DNA from: Hemiscyllium ocellatum | Taxonomy: Eukaryota | DNA length: 64,000 nt | Assembly: GCF_020745735.1 (NCBI RefSeq) | Contig: NC_083417.1 | Span: forward strand, 64,232,001-64,296,000 | Reading direction: 5' to 3' | Program-made: the position numbers and the translations under genes | The notes under the pieces: generated by a model | The model's database searches: none | Told to the model about the DNA's origin: nothing | The model's input: only the letters and a program-made list of their open reading frames with translations | Shown here: piece by piece, positions 1 through 12,455 of the stretch | How the letters are laid out: every line of letters starts with the position of its first letter | How positions within the stretch are numbered: the stretch's first letter is position 1

Positions 1-690
1 GCTAACAAAGTGACCTTGGAGTGCAGGTTCATAGCTCCACGAAAGTGGAGTCGCAGGTAGGTAAGGTAGTGAAAAAGGCGTTTGGTGTGCTTTCCTTTAT
101 TGGTCAAAGTATTGAGTACAGGAGTTGGGAGGTCATGTTGCGGCTGCATAGGGCATTGGTTAGGCCATTGTTGGAATATTGTGTGCAATCCTGGTCTCCT
201 TCCTATCAGAAAGATGTTGCCAGAATTGGAGGATTTGAGCTACAGGGAGAGGTTGAACAGGTTGAGTCTGTTTTCCCCTGGAGTGCCGGAGGCTTAGGGG
301 TGACCTTATAGAGGTTTACAAAATTATAAGAGGCATGGATAGGGTAAATAAGCAGAGTATTTTCCCTGGGGTGGGGGAGTCCAGAACGAGAGGGCATAGG
401 TTTAGGGTGAGAGGGGAAAGATACAAAAGAGACCTATGGGGCAACTTTTCATGCAAAGGTTGTCGTGTATGGAATGAGCTGCTAGAGGAAGTGGTGGACG
501 CTGGTTCAATTGCAACATTTAAAAGGCAGTTGGATGGGTATATGAATAGGAATGGTTTCGAGGGTTAAGACCTGGGAGCTGGCAGGTGGAGCCAGATTGT
601 TTTGGGATATCTGGTCGGCATGGACGGGTTGGACTGAAGGGTCTGTCTCCATGCTATATATCTCTATGACTCTACGACTTTATGACTCTA
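1..690 (+). mobile_element. CR1 LINE 3' fragment (ORF2 C-terminus, 3' UTR, short-repeat tail); continues left of the window
   Basis: ORFs 21..311 and 335..568 read as CR1 ORF2 C-terminus (RPLLEYCVQSWSP, RTRGHRFRV...RVWNEL); tail ctatgact-like repeats at ~662-690. Confidence 0.9.
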
Positions 691-1739
691 AAGACAGAAA
701 TTTTTATTGTTATGGTCAACGATTTGACTGACAATCTCAGTGCGATTGCCACTCTTCAGTTAATCTGCATTACTGAGACTTAAAATAAATTGCGAATACT
801 TCAGATGGAAGACATGAAAATATATACCATGGATTGATGTTATGATTGGGTCAGTGAAATGGCAATGCCACAATGCCAACATCTGCTAGAGGACTGAATT
901 GTTCGCAGGGACATGTGATCAGATCTAAGAGTAAACCTATGCTTATGAGTGAGGCCATGTGTTAGTGGACTTTGTTCATCTGGAGACTTCCATCCACAAT
1001 TTTCCATACTGTTGGAATAGGCGAGGAGTCCATTATGATCGTTGTTGTTTTTTTAATTCTAGCTGCCTCGGAATTGTCAGTTTGTGCAGAGCGCAACGTG
1101 CCAATATCATACATGAGGCACTTAGCAAGGTACTTTGCAGTGCTACCCAGCATCTGTCAATGTTGCTCAATATTGCCATTGTAAACAGATCGCAACTATT
1201 GCACATGACATCTGAAAATATTGCCTTAGTTTAAGGTCAAAAATCTAATCTTATAATTCAAGGAAAAATGAAGAGATAAAGCACTGAAGTGTAAGTCGGG
1301 AAGCCTGACATCACCTATGCTATGATAGAAGAATGTTCACAGTTTTTAAAAATAAAATCTTAGCATTTTAAGGCAGAATTAACATAGATTTATAAAGTGG
1401 AGTCGAGTTTGAAAAAAATACGTTCATTGTTTTAGGTTCTAACAAATGGGGCGATGTAGATAAAACCTATACAAAACGACCATTTGAGTTTTTAAAAACA
1501 AACAACCAAAATGCTGTCATGTGAGAAGGTTTAGCTTAATTGCATAAACAGAGCATGCGGAAATGGAGTATTGAATTTGAGGGTATTAAGAGATAGGGTT
1601 AAATGGGCCATAAAGATTTGCACGTTGTACTTCCTGTGGATTCTTAGGCATTAAAGCTTAGCCCTAGCCATTTACAATGCACATCAGCAACACACACAAA
1701 GAGTCTGATTGTAGCATGCCTATGTTCACTGCTGATACA

Positions 1740-3050
1740 CAACATTACTAACACCTTCCATCCCCACCTTAAATTCACCTGGACTGTCTCAGACTCCTCC
1801 CTCCCCTTCCTAGACCTTTCCATCTCTATCTCGGGCGACCGACTCAACACAGACATCTACTATAAACCGACTGACTCCAACAGCTACCTGGACTACACCT
1901 CCTCCCACCCTGCCCCCTGCAAAAACTACATTCCATATTCCCAATTCCTTCGTCTCCGCCGCATCTGCTCCCAGGAGGACCAGTTCCAACACAGCACAGC
2001 CCAGATGGCCTCCTTCTTCAAGGACCGCAGATTCCCCCCAGACGTGATCGACGATGCCCTCCACCGCATCTCCTCCACTTCCCGCTTCTCCGCCCTTAAG
2101 CCCCGCTCCTCCAACCGCCACCAAGACAGAACCCCACTGGTTCTCACTTACCACCCCACCAACCTCCGCATACAACGTATCATCTGCCGTCATTTCCGCC
2201 ACCTCCAAACGGACCCCACCACCAAGGATATATTTCCCTCCCCTCCCCTATCAGCGTTCCGCAAGGACCACTCCCTTCGTGACTCCCTCGTCAGATCCAC
2301 ACCCCCCACCAACCCAACCTCCACCCCCGGCACTTTCCCCTGCAACCGCAGGAAATGTAAAACTTGCGCCCACACCTCCACACTCACTTCCCTCCAAGGC
2401 CCCAAGGGATCCTTCCATATCCGCCACAAGTTCACCTGTACCTCCACACACATCATCTATTGCATCCGCTGCACCCGATGTGGTCTCCTCTATATTGGGG
2501 AGACAGGCCGCTTACTTGCGAAACGCTTCAGAGAACACCTCTGGGCCGCCCGGACCAACCAACCCAACCACCCCGTGGCTCAACACTTTAACTCTCCCTC
2601 CAACTCCACCGAGGACATGCAGGTCCTTGGACTCCTCCACCGGCAGAACATAACAACACGACGGCTGGAGGAGGAGCGCCTCATCATCCGCCTGGGAACC
2701 CTCCAACCACAAGGTATGAATTCAGATTTCTCCAGTTTCCTCATTTCCCCCCCCCCCACCTTGTCTCAGTCGGTTCCCTCAACTCAGCACCGCCCTTCTA
2801 ACCTGCAATCTCCTTCCTGACCTCTCCGCCCCCACCCCCCTCCGGCCTATCACCCTCACCTTGACCTCCTTCCACCTATCCCACCTCCATCGCCCCTCCC
2901 TCAAGTCCCTCCTCCCTACCTTTTATCTTAGCCTGCTTGGCTACTCTCTCTCATTCCTGATGAAGGGCTTATGCTCGAAACGTCGAATTTCCTATTCCTG
3001 AGATGCTGCCTGGCCTGCTGTGCTTTGACCAGCAACACATTTTCAGCTGT
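1740..3050 (+). mobile_element. 5'-truncated Penelope-like element (family 1): RT thumb region, GIY-YIG endonuclease, terminal repeat with HHR
   Basis: ORF 2005..2820 has CNRRKCKTC and HIIYCIRCTRCGLLYIGETGRLLAKRFREH (GIY-YIG with Cys motif); upstream IYYKPTDSNSYLDY is the PLE RT C-terminal motif. Confidence 0.92.
2953..2988 (+). ncRNA. Minimal type I hammerhead ribozyme in PLE terminus
   Basis: ATTC-CTGATGA-A-GGGC(TTAT)GCTC-GAAA-CGTC-GAAT: stem I ATTC/GAAT, stem II GGGC/GCTC, palindromic ACGT stem III, predicted cleavage after C2984. Confidence 0.85.
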
Positions 3051-5884
3051 AGTAGTTTTACCATCTAGTTTGGCTTACGATGTAACTCAGCCAGCTGGTG
3101 TCCAACATTTCTGGATTTTTTTTGTATACCAGGCAGTACTCAATTCAAACTTAGTGCTTACATTATTGTCACTGAAAGCCTACACTCATTCAATCTTTCC
3201 AAATCACAGCCCACTGCTTGATCAATGACAATTATACATCCTGATTGGCCTCAACAATGCACCTTTATATTAGTTTAAGAGGTGCCTGCTTGGTCTGGTT
3301 GTTTCTTAAGAGTAAGGTACATTAAGGGATGGCACGCCCCACTATTTCCGATTGGTTTGTTAAAGTGTTCCTTGATGGTTTGTTAAGATGTGTCTTTGAA
3401 TGTTGCATATCACTGTTATTGATAATTTTAATGAAGGCCTACTTTTCACGGGGTTTGCTGACTTCTTATGTGTCTATACTAAATGAAGCACTTTATCAGT
3501 GACTGCTTATTTTTAGAGATCATTCCTCAGCTGATGGTTTTCTGTCCATGATTATCAGCCTACAACGGGTTGCTTCACTTTTAAGGAAGAGAGAACTGAA
3601 AAAGTTTAAAATGAACAGGCAATCGTGTGGAATTAAAATAAAAGATCATAGACCATGAGTTTATGCAATTGCAAAGTGATTAATATTTTACATATTTGGT
3701 GCTTAAGGCTTCTAATATTAGTAATAAACACTGTCTAAGTGGTAAGTTAATGAAATGCCCTCACACATACAATCAATCTTAGTGTGGAGTGAAAACGTCT
3801 ACAGGACTATGCCGCTGTACACTCAAAGCTAACTGTGGTATATATAATGCATTTTTAGCCTAATACAATTATTTCTCTTGAAAATGTAAAAATCAAAACA
3901 GAGTTAATGGAGAACTAAGTTGTTTATTGTTATTCTCATCCCTTCCCACAATAACACAACCCATTAACTTATTTACTGATGTTTCTTGCCAAGGATTAAC
4001 AAGCTGAGAAGATGTGAGCTTGTTTAACGTTAAATGCAAAAGTTCACGTAATGTGGCCGCTTGAAATTCTATGGTGCATTTAGTTTTCAAGTAAGGATAA
4101 GCAGAGCCACGTGATATTGAAGTACTCAAATCTACATGGGCTGAACAAAATATTGTGTGACTATATCTAGGTTAAACTGATCATGAAACATTAACATCTC
4201 TTACTTCTAAATGGACGACCATGACTATCTAGAATGACAAGAGCAACAGATGCATTGAAAAACTATGATCTGCAATTTTCCCTCCTGACATAGGAATATA
4301 TCACGTTTCCTTTACTGTCACTAGGTTATAATGCACGCTGATAGCATTATGGGTATGCCTGTACTAAAATGATTGCAGCAGTTCAAGATGGCGGCTCACT
4401 GCATTCTCACGCACAATCACAGATGATGAATAAATTCTTGTTCTATGATGCCCGCATATGCTTAATGGAAAAAAAAGACCGTAATAGGGAAAAAATAGTG
4501 GGAATGTTTGTTGTAAATGTTAAGGCATTCCAAATTCAAATTTATGCAAAATAATTTCAAAGATGTGGTGCAAGGTTCAGTCAACAGGTGGGTCCATAGT
4601 TTTGCTCCTTAAATGCACATTTGAAATGCTGTTCACATTGGTCAAATATTTATCTCCTTCCCATATTTAAACAGCTAATCAAATCCGCTCAATTAGAAAG
4701 CAAGAGGCAAAATTCAAGTAACGTTCAATTTACTCTTACTGTGTAACCTTCTGGTTCGACAGATCACGTTGATGAATGGGGCTGATTTAAGATCTTGGCT
4801 ACATCATAGTGATGAAAAAAGCTGGAGAATTTGTGATGCCGTGTAAATGGTTCCATAGTTTGTGTTTTGAGGCCAAGCCCAAGACTTGATGTCCTCAGAA
4901 AGCATCCTATCTGCTCAACGCAGGGTATAAGAGCAGCTAAGTCATGCTTAATGTGGAGAGGCACTCCTCAAACCAAACCGACGATTATGTTCAATATTCT
5001 TCGTTTGCTTCATACACTATTCAGCATGGTATGAATAGAGAATGGGAGAAATTGGCATAAAACTGGCATTATCAAACACGTTTAGAAATGTAAATTAACT
5101 CAATCTCACTGCTGAGTTTGCGATATTGTCAGAACATTGACCAGCCATTTACTGCACATACTCGGTGTCTTTGAGTAACATAAGCCACTGGATGCAGTGG
5201 AAATCTTCAAATCGCAACCTGAGATCTTAAAACGGCCAAAAACATAAAAAGACATGAAGTACGAAGCGTGATTTGCTAAAACTGATAACTGATTTCGTGA
5301 ACATGCCAAGATGTGAAAATACGTGCTCACTTTTAACCTAACACTGCAACTGTTGAAAAGCTATGAAAAAAAAACACACATTATTAAAATCGCCGAAGCT
5401 ACACACAAGTAATGATGAACTAATGGTTAGCCTACCCTCAGGACTATATGTGACCCTAGTATTGACCTAATATTGTTGATTGTTAGCATAATGTCTATTG
5501 TATTTAATTGTGTGGATAAACGAGCACGATTCGGAATACAATTGCTGTCCTATAATTTCTTATATAAATTGTTCATGAAAACTGGACAATATTAGGATCG
5601 CATAGACCACTGATTACCCAGGACCAAATATCCCTTTGGTAGCTGCCCAAACATCCATGATAATTTCACCTTTAAGGAAATGTTTAATGTTCTGTGTCAA
5701 TAGAGAAGGTTATTGAACTATTTCGTGCAAAATTCTTCTTCGAGACCAGCAGAGGAAACCGCCTACTTCTACAATGCTCAGGAAAGCCGAAAGCATATGT
5801 TATGCTCATCCTTTGACATCTCATGTCCTGACCACACATTTCATATACTTATCTACGAAATTCATTTCTTAAACCAACCATTCA

Positions 5885-5935
5885 GAGAATAATACTGAGT
5901 TGCTAATTTGCTTTGGTTATCGTTACAACATGCTG
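5885..5935 (+). pseudogene. Degenerate leader exon probably belonging to the V pseudo-exon at 6205
   Basis: Reads VANLLWLSLQHA ending in a phase-1 donor G|GTGAG at 5935/5936; no in-frame ATG (stop upstream). Confidence 0.4.
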
Positions 5936-6204
5936 GTGAGAATTGCAGTTCAGCACAAGTTTCTTCTGATTATAATTCCGTCAGGTTACACTAAGTCTTA
6001 CTTGAGGCTCATCAAAATAGCTTCAGCCCAATATTTGTTTCATACAAAATTCATTTGTAATGCATTTCATGATTGTACATGCTCCAAGTGGATGTGTGTG
6101 CTCCTGCGTTGTCTTTTTTGCGTTTTATTATCCTTTGATATGCATTGCTTTCTCTGATTTAAGCAACTTGCATCGTAACCCTGCTTTATTTTTTTTAATG
6201 ACAG

Positions 6205-6508
6205 CCAACGAAATAACTTCGAATCAAGTAGTTCATGTTCCCCAAACTCATGAAGGCCATCAGAGGTGACAATGCTTCCACGTTCTGCACATTTCCCACA
6301 CTTGAAAATGCTCCTGAAGTATTTTGGTGGAGACACAATGTGGAATCATTTCTGGAACTCGACAGCAGAAAGCAATTTCATGCACAGAAAGGAAGGAGTT
6401 AACCTTATGTACTCAATGTTACTGTTGCAGACTCCGAAATGTATTATTGTAAAATATAGCATCAGCAAACCACCTTTGGAGCTAGAAGTGGCTCGTTGTT
6501 GACTGTGT
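6205..6508 (+). pseudogene. Ig V-set (VJ-type) pseudo-exon, paralog of the V exon at 53158-53472
   Basis: Acceptor tttaatgacag|, phase-1 donor T|GTAAGT; reads ...FCTFPTLENAPEVFWWRH...RKQF...*PYVLNVTVADSEMYYCKI*HQQTTFGARSGSLLTV; +1 frameshift near 6234-6237, stops at 6400-6402 and 6457-6459. Confidence 0.85.
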
Positions 6509-6589
6509 GTAAGTCTCATTGTACCGGGGATAGGCGCATTTCAATTCTGTGTGGTAAATAAACTTGAGCATTATTACCACTCGAAAACC

Positions 6590-6845
6590 TGATGGTAAGG
6601 AATCCTGTACATATGAAAGAACTGAAACCAACATGGTCATTCTAAAAGATAAGAGACTTAACAGACAATCCAAGTTTTCTCCAATTTTAATTTCAGTTAC
6701 ATCACAATGTAAACGTTTGCTGTAAACTCTGTGTCTTACAACCTTATACTCCACAACCGCCTGGTGAAGGAGCATTTTTTCGAAAGCTAGTGCTTACACA
6801 TAAACCTGTTGGACTATAACCTGGTGTTGTGTGACCTTTAACTAC
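6590..6845 (+). mobile_element. PLE family 2 terminal-repeat fragment with degenerate HHR (6761-6791)
   Basis: CTGGTGAAGGAGC...CGAAAGCTAGTG followed by taaacctgttggactataacctggtgttgtgtga, also seen at 57800-57889. Confidence 0.7.
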
Positions 6846-7099
6846 AAAATACTGATTTAATTCAATTCATCACAAATAATTGACTTAATACAAACTCGGA
6901 ATAGAAATCTCCTGCGACAACCATGAATATTTTGTAAAGCAGCTTGCATTTCAATCCACTGTTTGAACTTTACAAACCATAATATTTTACTGTACATCAA
7001 ATTGACCGAAACTTGAGTCGGATGACTTTTTTTTAAAGTATTAACGTTAATGCAGTAGAATTATGTCAGGCAAGAAGAATTGGGGTACAATCAAGCTTG

Positions 7100-7313
7100 G
7101 AGTAAAAAATGAGGTCTGCAGATGCTGGAGATCACAGCTGCAAATGTGTTGCTGGTCAAAGCACAGCAGGCCAGGCAGCATCTCAGGAATAGAGAATTCG
7201 ACGTTTCGAGCATAAGCCCTTCCTGATGAAGGGCTTATGCTCGAAACGTCGAATTCTCTATTCCTGAGATGCTGCCTGGCCTGCTGTGCTTTGACCAGCA
7301 ACACATTTGCAGC
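7100..7313. mobile_element. PLE-derived fold-back element with perfect 87-bp inverted arms and 14-bp TSD
   Basis: 7136-7222 is the exact reverse complement of 7228-7314 around loop CTGAT; TACAATCAAGCTTG at 7086-7099 and 7314-7327. Confidence 0.93.
7220..7254 (+). ncRNA. Hammerhead ribozyme at the turn of the fold-back element
   Basis: TTC-CTGATGA-A-GGGCTTATGCTC-GAAA-CGTC-GAA; the core is intact only on the plus strand. Confidence 0.75.
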
Positions 7314-8313
7314 TACAATCAAGCTTGATCTAAATGAAGGTCAAGATATGTTCGAGGGATAGAATGGACTATACTGCTTCCCGTGTTTGAGCATTACGCT
7401 GTTTAGGTACATCCATTGATTAAATTTTTGAGACAGCGAACCAAAGCAATCCTGCAAACCCAATGTAATCCTACAAACCATTGTTGCCAATGCTGGTTTG
7501 CAGCCCACGTCCTACATTTTGAATGTTTCTGTGAATTTCTGCCATCAGTCACTTGAGTTGTTTTTCATACATTCTTGAATGGTTTTCCGTTTGCAAATAA
7601 GTTGTCCTCCAACATTTCTGTAAATGTATCGATCTTGTAATTTTAATTTGCGATATTAATTTATCACACAATGATACAAGTGAGTTCAAAATATTGTGCT
7701 CATTCTTGGAAAATCAATTGCATTACATGAGAAAGCTAAAACAAATCCATTGTTAAGGAATAGAAAATTTAACTGACGAATCAATGCAACCCAATAATTT
7801 TACAGCAGATTGAACAGGCATGATATGTGGATGAAAATTCAAATGTTCACGAATTGGTGAGTGACACAGCAGGCAGGTCAAATGTATTAAATGGTCTCGG
7901 GGAATGGTAAGAACCCTGAAAATATGCAAGACAGGCTGTGGAAGCTTGAAATTATACTTCAATATTCCTTCTGATTATGCATGCATTGAATTAAACAGTA
8001 AGAGAAAACATACCTTTTAAGGCTAAGTGCAAGAAGTCTCAACTTTTCTGGAGCGATTGTCGCTGATAGGCGGATTGCTATTTCTTCGACACATCTTTTC
8101 AAATTTGTTGCATTAATTGTTGACTGGGCCCTCACAGCCATAATCAGCCTTATTTCCTTCTCACCTCAGCAGAAGCCACTCCCAGAGCAACTGGTCACTC
8201 ACCTGGATCCCGAAATTCATCAGTACCTCATGCATTATATTTGAAATGTTGTTCTGCTCCCGGACAAGTACTGTCAGTGCAGAGATGCTCTGTGCATGTC
8301 CTTAAGTTTGTCA

Positions 8314-8533
8314 CGGGTATAGCAGAAAGTGAGGACTGCAGATGCTGGAGAGTCAGAGTCGAAAAGCACGGCAGTGGAAAACCACAGCAGGTCAGGCAGC
8401 ATCCGAGGAGTAGGAGACGTTTCAGGCATAAGCTCCGCATCATTGATGGAAGGCTAAAACCCAAAATATCGACTCACCTGCTCCTCGGATGCTGCCTGAC
8501 CTGCTATGCTTTTCCAGCGCCACGCCTTTCGAC
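8314..8533. mobile_element. Older degenerate PLE fold-back element
   Basis: Antisense terminus (gactgcagatgctggag...gcaggtcaggcagcatccgaggag) followed by sense terminus (ctcctcggatgctgcctgacctgc); possible TSD TTTGTCA at 8307-8313 and 8534-8540. Confidence 0.75.
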
Positions 8534-8809
8534 TTTGTCATGAACATGGCAGACAGGGGTAAATCTGACAGCTTTTTTTTGTGTGTGTATGGTCCTGCTA
8601 CTCTTCATGGAAGGACTACTGCACGAGTAGGATTTTCTCCAGTCCATGACAAGCAGTGGAGGCCATGACTGCAGACCATGCGAGTCTGATCTTATGTTGT
8701 CAATGGTTCTGAAGCAATAAATGTGTCTTTCGGAGTACAAAATGCCTTTGAAATATCAGTTAACTCTTATTCGCAGGTACAGCCTTAGGTGTAGCACTGA
8801 GAACCTTGA

Positions 8810-9060
8810 TCAGTTTGACCAGTGGGCTGAGCAGTGGCAGACGGAGTTTAATTGAGATAAATGCGAGGTTCTACATTTTAGACAGGCCAATCAGGGCAGG
8901 ACTTATACATTTAACGTAAGGTAAGCTCCTGGAGAGTTTTGCTGAACAAAAAGACCTACGAATGCAAGTGTATAGTTCTTTGAAAGTGGAGTTGAAATTG
9001 GATAGGATAATCAATAAGGCCTATGCTTGCCTTTATTGTTTAATGTATTGAGTCCTGTAA
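8810..9060 (+). mobile_element. Short CR1 ORF2 fragment
   Basis: cagtgggctgagcagtggcagacggagtttaat...gaaagtggag resembles the CR1 copies at 40260-40460 and 50810-51000. Confidence 0.65.
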
Positions 9061-10084
9061 GTGGGTCGGAGATGTGCAACTGAGGATTCGTAGATGCTGG
9101 CACATGTCGGGTGCCACTGTCTGCAGATGAGGTGTATTTGAGCTAGTGTCCGTGATGCATGCTAAATACGTCCATTTTGAGTGACCAACTTGGAGTTTAT
9201 TGAGATCAAGCAACTAGTTATCCTCAGCAAGAAGTCACTGTGGATTTAACGTTGAGTTTCCCTGGCTAGTAGTTTCCAAATGCAACTTAGAAATGTTACA
9301 ACCTATGGGAGTTGAGTTCTTGACAAGATGTTTAACGATTTTGGAACTCGCCACCTGTCAGGCGAGTATTTCACTTTGGTGCTTCAGCAAAGGGGAAAGA
9401 TGCAGCAAGATGTTTTCTTCCTGCATTGACAACTTCACCTGATTCTGCCATTCATCTCGCCACAACCTATGCTGCTCAAAGGTTGGAAAGATTCTATCCA
9501 ATGCCACACAAATGACAATAATAGCTCTTCATGAAATGACAAATGTTACAACCCTCAATCAGTACCCCACTCCACCCCAACCCGTGGGAATATTTCTCAA
9601 GTAAAAATCCCATAAACTGAAAGCTTCATCACAGACATAGAAATGCTTGTGATCAATTGTATTGGACAAGTTTTAATCTGTGCATCGTGCATAAGCAATT
9701 CTGAAATCTTCACAGGCGCTGAAAATATCTCTGTCAATTCAACGTTCATGCAAATCAACATAAGCGCTGTACTGCATGGAATGTCTGAAAATGACTTTTG
9801 TTGTTTTTTAAAAATGAATAAATTCTTTAATAAAGTGCTGGCCATTAAGGGGAAAACAAGATATGGTTCCAATCCATATGCATTATGATACAGTCTGTCT
9901 GATATATTTGGAGACAAAATTAAATGGAAACATTATTACTGAGCTTAGCTAGTGTCAGAATCTGCTGCATATCTTGGAATGATTATAAAATGTGAAAAAA
10001 GGAGAGTAAAGATAAACAATATAACAGATTACCTGGTCACAGTCATGATATAAGGTCACTCCTTGGGATTACAAATGTTACAAT

Positions 10085-10440
10085 GTGTGTGTGTCTGTCT
10101 GTCTCTCTGTCTAGGTTGGGGGGTAGTAAATGTGAGAGAGAATGTGTATATGTGTTTATGTGAGTGGAGAGTGTTTTAAGTCTGTGAGGGGTGCATGTGA
10201 GAGTGTGGGAGTGTGCGTGTGTCTGGGATTGGGGGGTTATGAGTGACTGTGTGAGAGAGTGTATACATGTGTGCATGAGTGTAGATTGGTCTAAGTCTGT
10301 GAGAGGATGCATGTGCGAGTGTGTGAGTGTCTGTGTGTATCTTTCTGAATACATGTGTCTGTGTGTATCGAGGACTGCCTGTGTGCGTGCGCGCGCGTGT
10401 GTGTGTGTGTGTGTGTGTAGGAGTGTCTGTATGTGTGTAT
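10085..10440. repeat. GT-rich compound microsatellite / low-complexity tract in PLE family 2 3' region
   Basis: Imperfect (TG)n runs including gtgtgtgtgtgtgtgtgt at ~10398-10418. Confidence 0.85.
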
Positions 10441-10830
10441 TGTGCAATGGTGGTAACCTGTAGTGTGACTTGAACCCAAGGTCCCGGCTGAGGCCCTCCT
10501 TATGGGTACCGAGCTTAGCTATCAGCCCCTGCTCAGCCACTTTTCACGGTTGCCTGTCCCGAAGTCTTCCTTGGAGGATGGTCACCTGAAGGTCCGAGGA
10601 CGAATGTCTCGGACTGCTGAAGTGTTCCCCAGCTGGGAGGGGACACTCCTGTCTGGTGATTGTTGTGCAGTGCCCATTCATCCGTTTCCATAGCCTTTGC
10701 TCAGTTTCCCCAATGTACCATTCCTCAGGACTTCCTTGCCTGCAACGTAAAAGATAGACAACGTTGGCTGAATCACATAAATACTTGCCACGTACATGTG
10801 GGAGGTGCCCCCATGTGTAATGGTGGTATC
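10440..10830 (-). mobile_element. PLE family 2 GIY-YIG fragment
   Basis: Minus strand reads approximately VYLLRCRQG.PE.WYIGET...GEHFSSPRHSSSDLQVTILQG...AEQGLIAKLGTHKEGL (start of ORF 10043..10540). Confidence 0.8.
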
Positions 10831-12455
10831 CATGTCCACACTGAATGCACTCCGCTTCTTCCTTTCCCGCCTTACCAACCAGTCCACTTCCACTGGCACC
10901 CTCCTTCGACTGACTGAACTGGTCCTCACTCTAAACAAATTCTCTTTCCAATCCTCCCACTTCCTCCGAACCAAAAGAGTAGCCATGGGCACCCGCATGG
11001 GCCCAGCTATGCCTGCCTCTTTGTAGGATATGTGCAACAGTCCATCTTCCACAGCTACACTGGCACCACCCTGCACCTTTTCCTCCACTACATCGATGAC
11101 TGTATTGGTGCTGTCTCGTGCTCCCATGAGCAGGTTGAACAATTCATCCACTTTACCAACGCCTTCCAACCCGACCTCAAATTTATCTGAACCATCTCAG
11201 ACTCCTGCCTCCCCTTCTTAGACCTCTCCATTTCTATCTCAGACGACCAAATCAACACGGACATTTACTCTCATCCGACTGACTCCCACAGCTACCTAGA
11301 CTACACCTCCTCCCAACCTGCCCCCTGTATAAACGCCATCCCATATTCCCAATTCCTTCGTCTCTACCGTATCTGCTCTCAGGAGGACCAATTCCAATAC
11401 ATAACAACCCAGATGGCCTCCTTCTTCAAAGACTGAAACTTCCCCCCAGACTTGATCAACGATGCTCTCCACCTCATCTCCTCCACTTTCTGCTCCTCCG
11501 CCCTTGAGCCCCACCCCTCCAATCGCAACGAGGACAGAACCACACTGGTCCTCACCTACCACCCCACCAATCTCCATATACATCATATCATCCGTCGTCA
11601 TTTCCGCCACCTCCAAACAGACCCCACCACCAGGGATATATTTCCCTCCCCTTCCCTAACAGCATTCCAAAGAGACCACTTCCTCCGTGAGTCCCGCTTC
11701 AGGTCCACATCCCCAACCAATCCAACCTCCACTCCTGGTACCTTCCCCTGCAACCGCAAGAATCGCAAAACTTGCACCCATGCCTGCCCCTTACTTCCCT
11801 TCAAGACCCCAAGGGATCATTCCATATCCACCACAAATTCACCTGCACCTCCACACGCATCATTTACTGCATCCGCTGCACCCGATGTGGCCTCCTCTAT
11901 ATTGGGGAGACAGGCCGCCTACTTGCGGAACATTTCAGAGAACACCTCAGGGACACCGGGCCAACCAACCCAACCATCCCGTGGCTCAACACTTCAACTC
12001 CCCCTCCCACTCCACCAAGGACATGCAGGTCCTTGGACTCCTCCATTGCCAGACCATAGCAACATGACGGCTGGAGGAAAAGCGCCTCATTTTCCTCCTA
12101 GGAACCCTCCAACCACAAGGGATGAACTCAGATTTCTCCAGTTTCCTCATTTCTCTTCCCCCCACCTTGTCTCAGTCGCAACCCTCGAACTCAGCACCAC
12201 CTTCCTAACCTGCAATCTTCTTCCTGACCTCTCCGCCCCCATCCCCACTCCGACCTATCACCCTTACCTTAACCTCCTTCCACCTATCGCACTTCCAACA
12301 CCCATCCCCGAAGTCCCTCCTCCCTACCTTTTCTTTTATCCTGCTTCGCACACTCTCCTCAATCCTGAGGAAGGGCTCATGCCCGAAACGTCGATTTTAC
12401 TGCTCCTTGGATGCTGCCTGACCTGCTGCACCTTTCCAGCAACACATTTTCAGCT
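10830..12455 (+). mobile_element. 5'-truncated, frameshifted PLE family 1 copy (RT C-half, GIY-YIG, terminus)
   Basis: VAMGTRMGPAMP (ORF 10796..11026), HYIDD-like catalytic motif near 11085-11105, RIIYCIRCTRCGLLYIGETG (ORF 11772..12059). Confidence 0.9.
12361..12396 (+). ncRNA. Hammerhead ribozyme with compensatory stem changes
   Basis: AATC-CTGAGGA-A-GGGC(TCAT)GCCC-GAAA-CGTC-GATT. Confidence 0.8.

Noticed and set aside
1810-2712. Multiple long overlapping ORFs here and at 10678-12474 and 25439-28478
   Set aside because: Shadow frames of GC-skewed PLE coding sequence
7960-8270. Exon-like or TM-like readings on both strands (LFKFVALIVDWALTAIISL; LVREQNNISNIMHEVL)
   Set aside because: No consistent splice sites or family motifs; not linkable to the V pseudo-exon
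10043-10540. 165-aa His/Thr-rich ORF
   Set aside because: Translation of a CA microsatellite fused to a PLE C-terminus
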